Source of the DNA: Okamejei kenojei
Taxonomy: Eukaryota
DNA length: 64,000 nt
Assembly: GCA_035221665.1 (NCBI GenBank)
Contig: CM069163.1
Span: 19,778,001-19,842,000, forward strand
Direction: 5' to 3'
The notes under the pieces were generated by a model that was not told where the DNA came from, searched no databases, and saw nothing but the letters and a program-made list of their open reading frames with translations. The position numbers were made by a program, and so were the translations under genes. Every line of letters starts with the position of its first letter. Position 1 is the stretch's first letter. Of the stretch, positions 59,984 to 64,000 are shown piece by piece.

Positions 59984-61129
59984 TTCTAACTAATGTAGAA
60001 GCTGGAGGCAAATTATTGACCTGGCAAAGAAATTGGTTTAAGGTACAAAATCAAACCTAAATTCATTTGTCATTACTTAAGTCGAGGAAAACAATGTTAT
60101 TTCTAAAGTTAAATACATTGTGGACCAAAAAGAATGAAACTTTCCAGGCAGCGATAACATAGAAACATGGAGGAACAGAGAGACAAAGACTCAACTCGCA
60201 AAGATATGGAAAAATTACCAAGCTAGCGAATAGATTACAAGGATCAGCATGGAAACTGACCCTTCAGCTCACCGAGTCCACACCGACTAGCAGTCATCCA
60301 TTCATGCAAATTGTTATCCTACTTTTGTAGCCATTCCCTACACACTAAGGGCGATTTACATATGCTGCCTGACCCGCTGAATGAATCCAGCTGTCTTTGG
60401 TTCAGATTTCCAGGCAGACATATGGAGCAAGATCATGTCATCTCCATGGCAGAAACTCTGCAACGTTAGAGGCGGAGGGGTGATGATAGAAATATATGAA
60501 ATTATGAGGGGCATAGAGTCTTTACCTCAGAGTGAAAATTTTAGGTTTAAGGTGAGAGGGGAATTTTCATAAACACAGTGGTAGGTGCCCAGAATGCACA
60601 GTCAGGAGAGGAAGTAGAAGCAGATGAATAGCAACATTAACAGGCATTTGGATAGTCACATGGACTGGGTTGGAATACCAGGATACAGGCAAATGGGATT
60701 AGTTAGATCGGCATCATGGTCAGCACAGACACAATGGACTAAATTGCTTGTTCTTGTGTTGTACTGTTCTCTGTTCAGACACATTAAAGAGACTATTTTG
60801 TGTTTACTCTACTTTTGTGTTTACCCTAGTTTACTCCTGATCTTTTCAGCCAAGTTAGTATCACTTCAAGGACAATCTTTACAGGATATCTAGCATTTAA
60901 GGAATGTGAACTTTGCCACCTAAATGCCAGTGTAAGTAAATTTATTGGACAAGTATTCATATACAAGGAATTTGCCTTGGTGCTCTGCCCACAAGTAACA
61001 TGACATACAGTGATGAAGGCAGCATGAAATATGTTCAATTTACCCTACTGTAGCACTTACTGAGTGCAGTAACTAGGGTTACTGAAATCATGTGCAAAAT
61101 GCTGATGGAGTCCCAAAATAAATAATCTT

Positions 61130-62950
61130 CACAGATTTTATATAACTTTTACATCAGCAAGTTTGTAGTATATAATTGCAGGGTTTTTTTATTCACAGAT
61201 GCCATAATTTTCATTGTTTGTTGTAAACCAAACTTTTCTCCAATTAATGTTTTCAGGAACTTTGATGTGTATAAATAGTGCAACAAAAATGTCAAATAAA
61301 AATGACGGAAATCAAAATACACAATGATGTGATCAGTACAGTTCACTGCTCTTTAACTTTTCAGTGCTTTTCAAAAATAAATATGCTTTTTACACCAAAC
61401 ATAAAAGCAGGCAACATTTAGGTGATGATGATAAGTATGATAACATTACAAAAACAAGTTATTACTTATTGTGATCTGTGTTGTAATACTCGAACTTAAA
61501 GAAAAGCTTCTAGCACGTTCGGATATTTACAGTTCCAACCAGCTACCCATACACTTATTTACAAAATGTTGTAAGTTATCTTAACATCTCACTCTGTCAC
61601 AGTTTTGTTTTTAAATTATAAGAAAGCAAAATAAAAATGGAGTGGAAGACAAACTTGCATTTGTTAGCTCAATAGTTCACTCTCGACATTTTATAGATTT
61701 ACATCACCAAATGCATCAGTGCAACCCAATTTGCATGATATAAGTAGCTCACTCCAATGTAAACTGATTTGTGTACAACTACATGGAACGTTGACAGCTC
61801 ATTGTTAAAGTACTCACTTTGAAATTATCTCCCTTTCACAAAAATATCAAGAAACATTGCACTTCTTTCAAATCAAATAACTAAATCCATAAGCAGTAAA
61901 ATTCAAGACTATGTATATACTTAACTCAAGCAAACATCATTTTCACAGCAGTATTATGAATAGGCAAGAGTTTACCTATTTTTGCAAAACTTAATTCCCA
62001 CTGCTTTTGTACTACATAGAGTAGGTGACTAGCTATTCTACTAATTCTCTTATTATACTCCACAATTTGTTTAAAATATTTTTGCACCAATACAATTATT
62101 CATATTTATTATTTTATTTCCAAAGAACATGGACATTTTGTCATTATAAAAAGAAACCAAAATACCCGAGTCAAATAGTAATTCACAACAGTATCTCACC
62201 CTTTTATCTGCATTGGCCAGCTATTGAAAATTGTTTTTGACTTTCACGTCACAAACAGCAAGCAAAGAAACAGCTTATGTGTCTACATCACCTCAACTTG
62301 GTGAGTAAATAACATTCAGCCTGAAACACATGGAAATTGAGAAGTAACTTGGTACATCATAAAATGATCTTAACTCCTTAAAAGGATTATTACCAAAATG
62401 AAAATGACTGCAAAACATGCATTACAGCCCAGTGTTCAGGTGAAATCGCTTATGAGGTAACTCTCAGCAATTTATTAGTGTTGTCTTAATCTCAATACAT
62501 AATTTGTAATGCACTCATATACATACCATCAGCAAAATGTACAATGTTTTCTTACCACAACTTTTCTGGTGTATTTTGCTGGTAAAAATATTGTGATGGA
62601 CAAAGCTGCATACCAATTATGATGCAACGGCAAAATTGGTCTGCTGGTCACTGGGGTATAAATGAATGTACAAAATAATCCTGTCTAGCCATATAATTGG
62701 TTCTCATTACATTTGTGATGTTAACATCAAATCCGTTCACATTATTTAATTTTTTTTATTTATGCAAGTTTGGAGCATCCTGACTTACAAATATTGTAAC
62801 ACAGCAAATTTCACTTTCTACTTGCCACCCTGTGCATGTTACCAACCATCAACAACAACAAGGAATATTAACTAATCAATATGGTAAACACATTTTAAAT
62901 GTTTAGATGATTAGCAGACATAATTTGGGTCAAATATTCTTATATCAGAT
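61130..62950 (-). other. Probable 3' UTR end of a further minus-strand gene (CAMSAP1 by human synteny, unverified)
   Basis: AT-rich, no recognisable repeats; minus-strand AATAAA at 61188-61193; TGTAAATA (Pumilio-type) motifs near 61525 and 61557; no coding exon in the window. Confidence 0.35.
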
Positions 62951-62978
62951 GTGATCATCACCCAAACTCTGAATGTTT

Positions 62979-63899
62979 AAGAGGGAACTGCAGATGCTGG
63001 AAAATCTAAGATAGACAAAAATGCTGGAGAAACTCAGCGGGTGAGGCAGCATCTATGGAGCGAAAGAAACAGGCAACGTTTCGGGTCGAGACCCTTCTTC
63101 AGACTGATGTGAGGGTGGGGGGGCGGGAAGAGGCAGAGACAGTGGGCTGAGGGAATGATGGGAAGGGGAGGAGAAAGCCGGGGCTACCTGAAATTAGAGA
63201 AGTCAATGTTCTTACAGCTGGGGTGTAAACTGCCCAAGCGAAATATGAAGTGCTGCTCCTCCAATTTACGGTGGGCCTCACTCTGGCCATGGAGGAGGCC
63301 CAGGATAGAAAGGTCGGATTCGGAACGGGAGGGGGAGTTGAAATGCTGAGCCAGCGGGAGATCAGGTTGGTTATTGCGTACCGAGCGGAGGTGCTGGGCG
63401 AAGTGATCGCCAAGCCTAAGCTTGGTTTCACCGATGTAGACCAGCTGACACCTACAGCAGCGGATGCAATAGATGAGGTTGGAGGAGGTGTAGGTGAACC
63501 TCTGCCGCACCTGGAAAGACTGCTTGGGTCCTTGAATGGAGTCAAGGGGGAAGGTAAAGTGACAAGTGTAATTTTTCCCGCGGTGCAAGGGAAAGTGCCG
63601 GTAGAGGGGGTGGTTTGGGTGGCAAGGGAGGAATCAACCAGGGAGTTATGGTGGGAGCGGTCTCTGCGGAAAACAGACAGGGGAGGAGATGGGAAGATGT
63701 GGCCAGTGGTGGGATCTCATTGGAGGTGGCAAACATGTCGGAGGATTATTTGTTGTACGTGACGGCTGGTAGGGTGGAAGGTGAGGACAAGGGGGACTCT
63801 GCCCTTGTAACGAGTAGGGGGGATGGGGAGTGAGAGCAGAGTTACCTGGTATAGAAGAGACCCTGGTGAGTGCCTCATCCATAGTAGAAGAGGGGAACA
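62979..63899 (-). mobile_element. Penelope-like element fragment (GIY-YIG endonuclease and terminal repeat)
   Basis: FTYTSSNLIYCIRCCRCQLVYIGETKLRLGDHFAQHLRS...RKLEEQHFIFRLGSL is a GIY-YIG domain of Penelope type. Confidence 0.9.
63075..63102 (-). ncRNA. Minimal hammerhead-ribozyme-like motif just downstream of the Penelope GIY-YIG ORF
   Basis: Reverse complement reads CTGAAGAAGGGTCTCGACCCGAAACGTT. Confidence 0.65.
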
Positions 63900-64000
63900 T
63901 CATACCAAAAGTACACAAATTCAATCATTGTTAAAATATTGATCTTATTTCAACTTACTGCTCAATATTGATTCATACAATTTTGACACAATGTACTTCA

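Overview
Eukaryotic (vertebrate) genomic DNA. The repeat content (HE1-like tRNA SINEs, CR1-like LINE ends, many Penelope terminal repeats) suggests a cartilaginous fish, probably a skate or ray (inference). Bases 1-27,300 (+) hold the last 11 coding exons and the 3' UTR of the Na+-activated K+ channel KCNT1/Slack. All splice phases join into 456 aa ending in ETEL*. Convergent to it, 29,052-51,995 (-) holds two tandem genes I cannot name, each encoding signal peptide, LRRNT, LRRs, LRRCT, one TM helix and a long cytoplasmic tail: gene A (5 exons, 656 aa) and gene B (5 exons, about 1017 aa once a frameshift near 33,766 is corrected). Most striking: phase-compatible splice sites extend gene A's reading frame through two further exons to a TGA that overlaps gene B's ATG (AAAATGA at 37,305-37,311). 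This points to a spliced bicistronic stop-start unit or a frameshift-broken double-LRR protein. Also present: Penelope elements with minimal hammerhead-ribozyme motifs, two 5'-truncated L1s with TSDs, a Helitron-like element, nested insertions, a candidate novel KCNT1 cassette exon, and a probable 3' UTR of a further minus-strand gene at the right end. Exon coordinates were read by hand; repeat boundaries are approximate.
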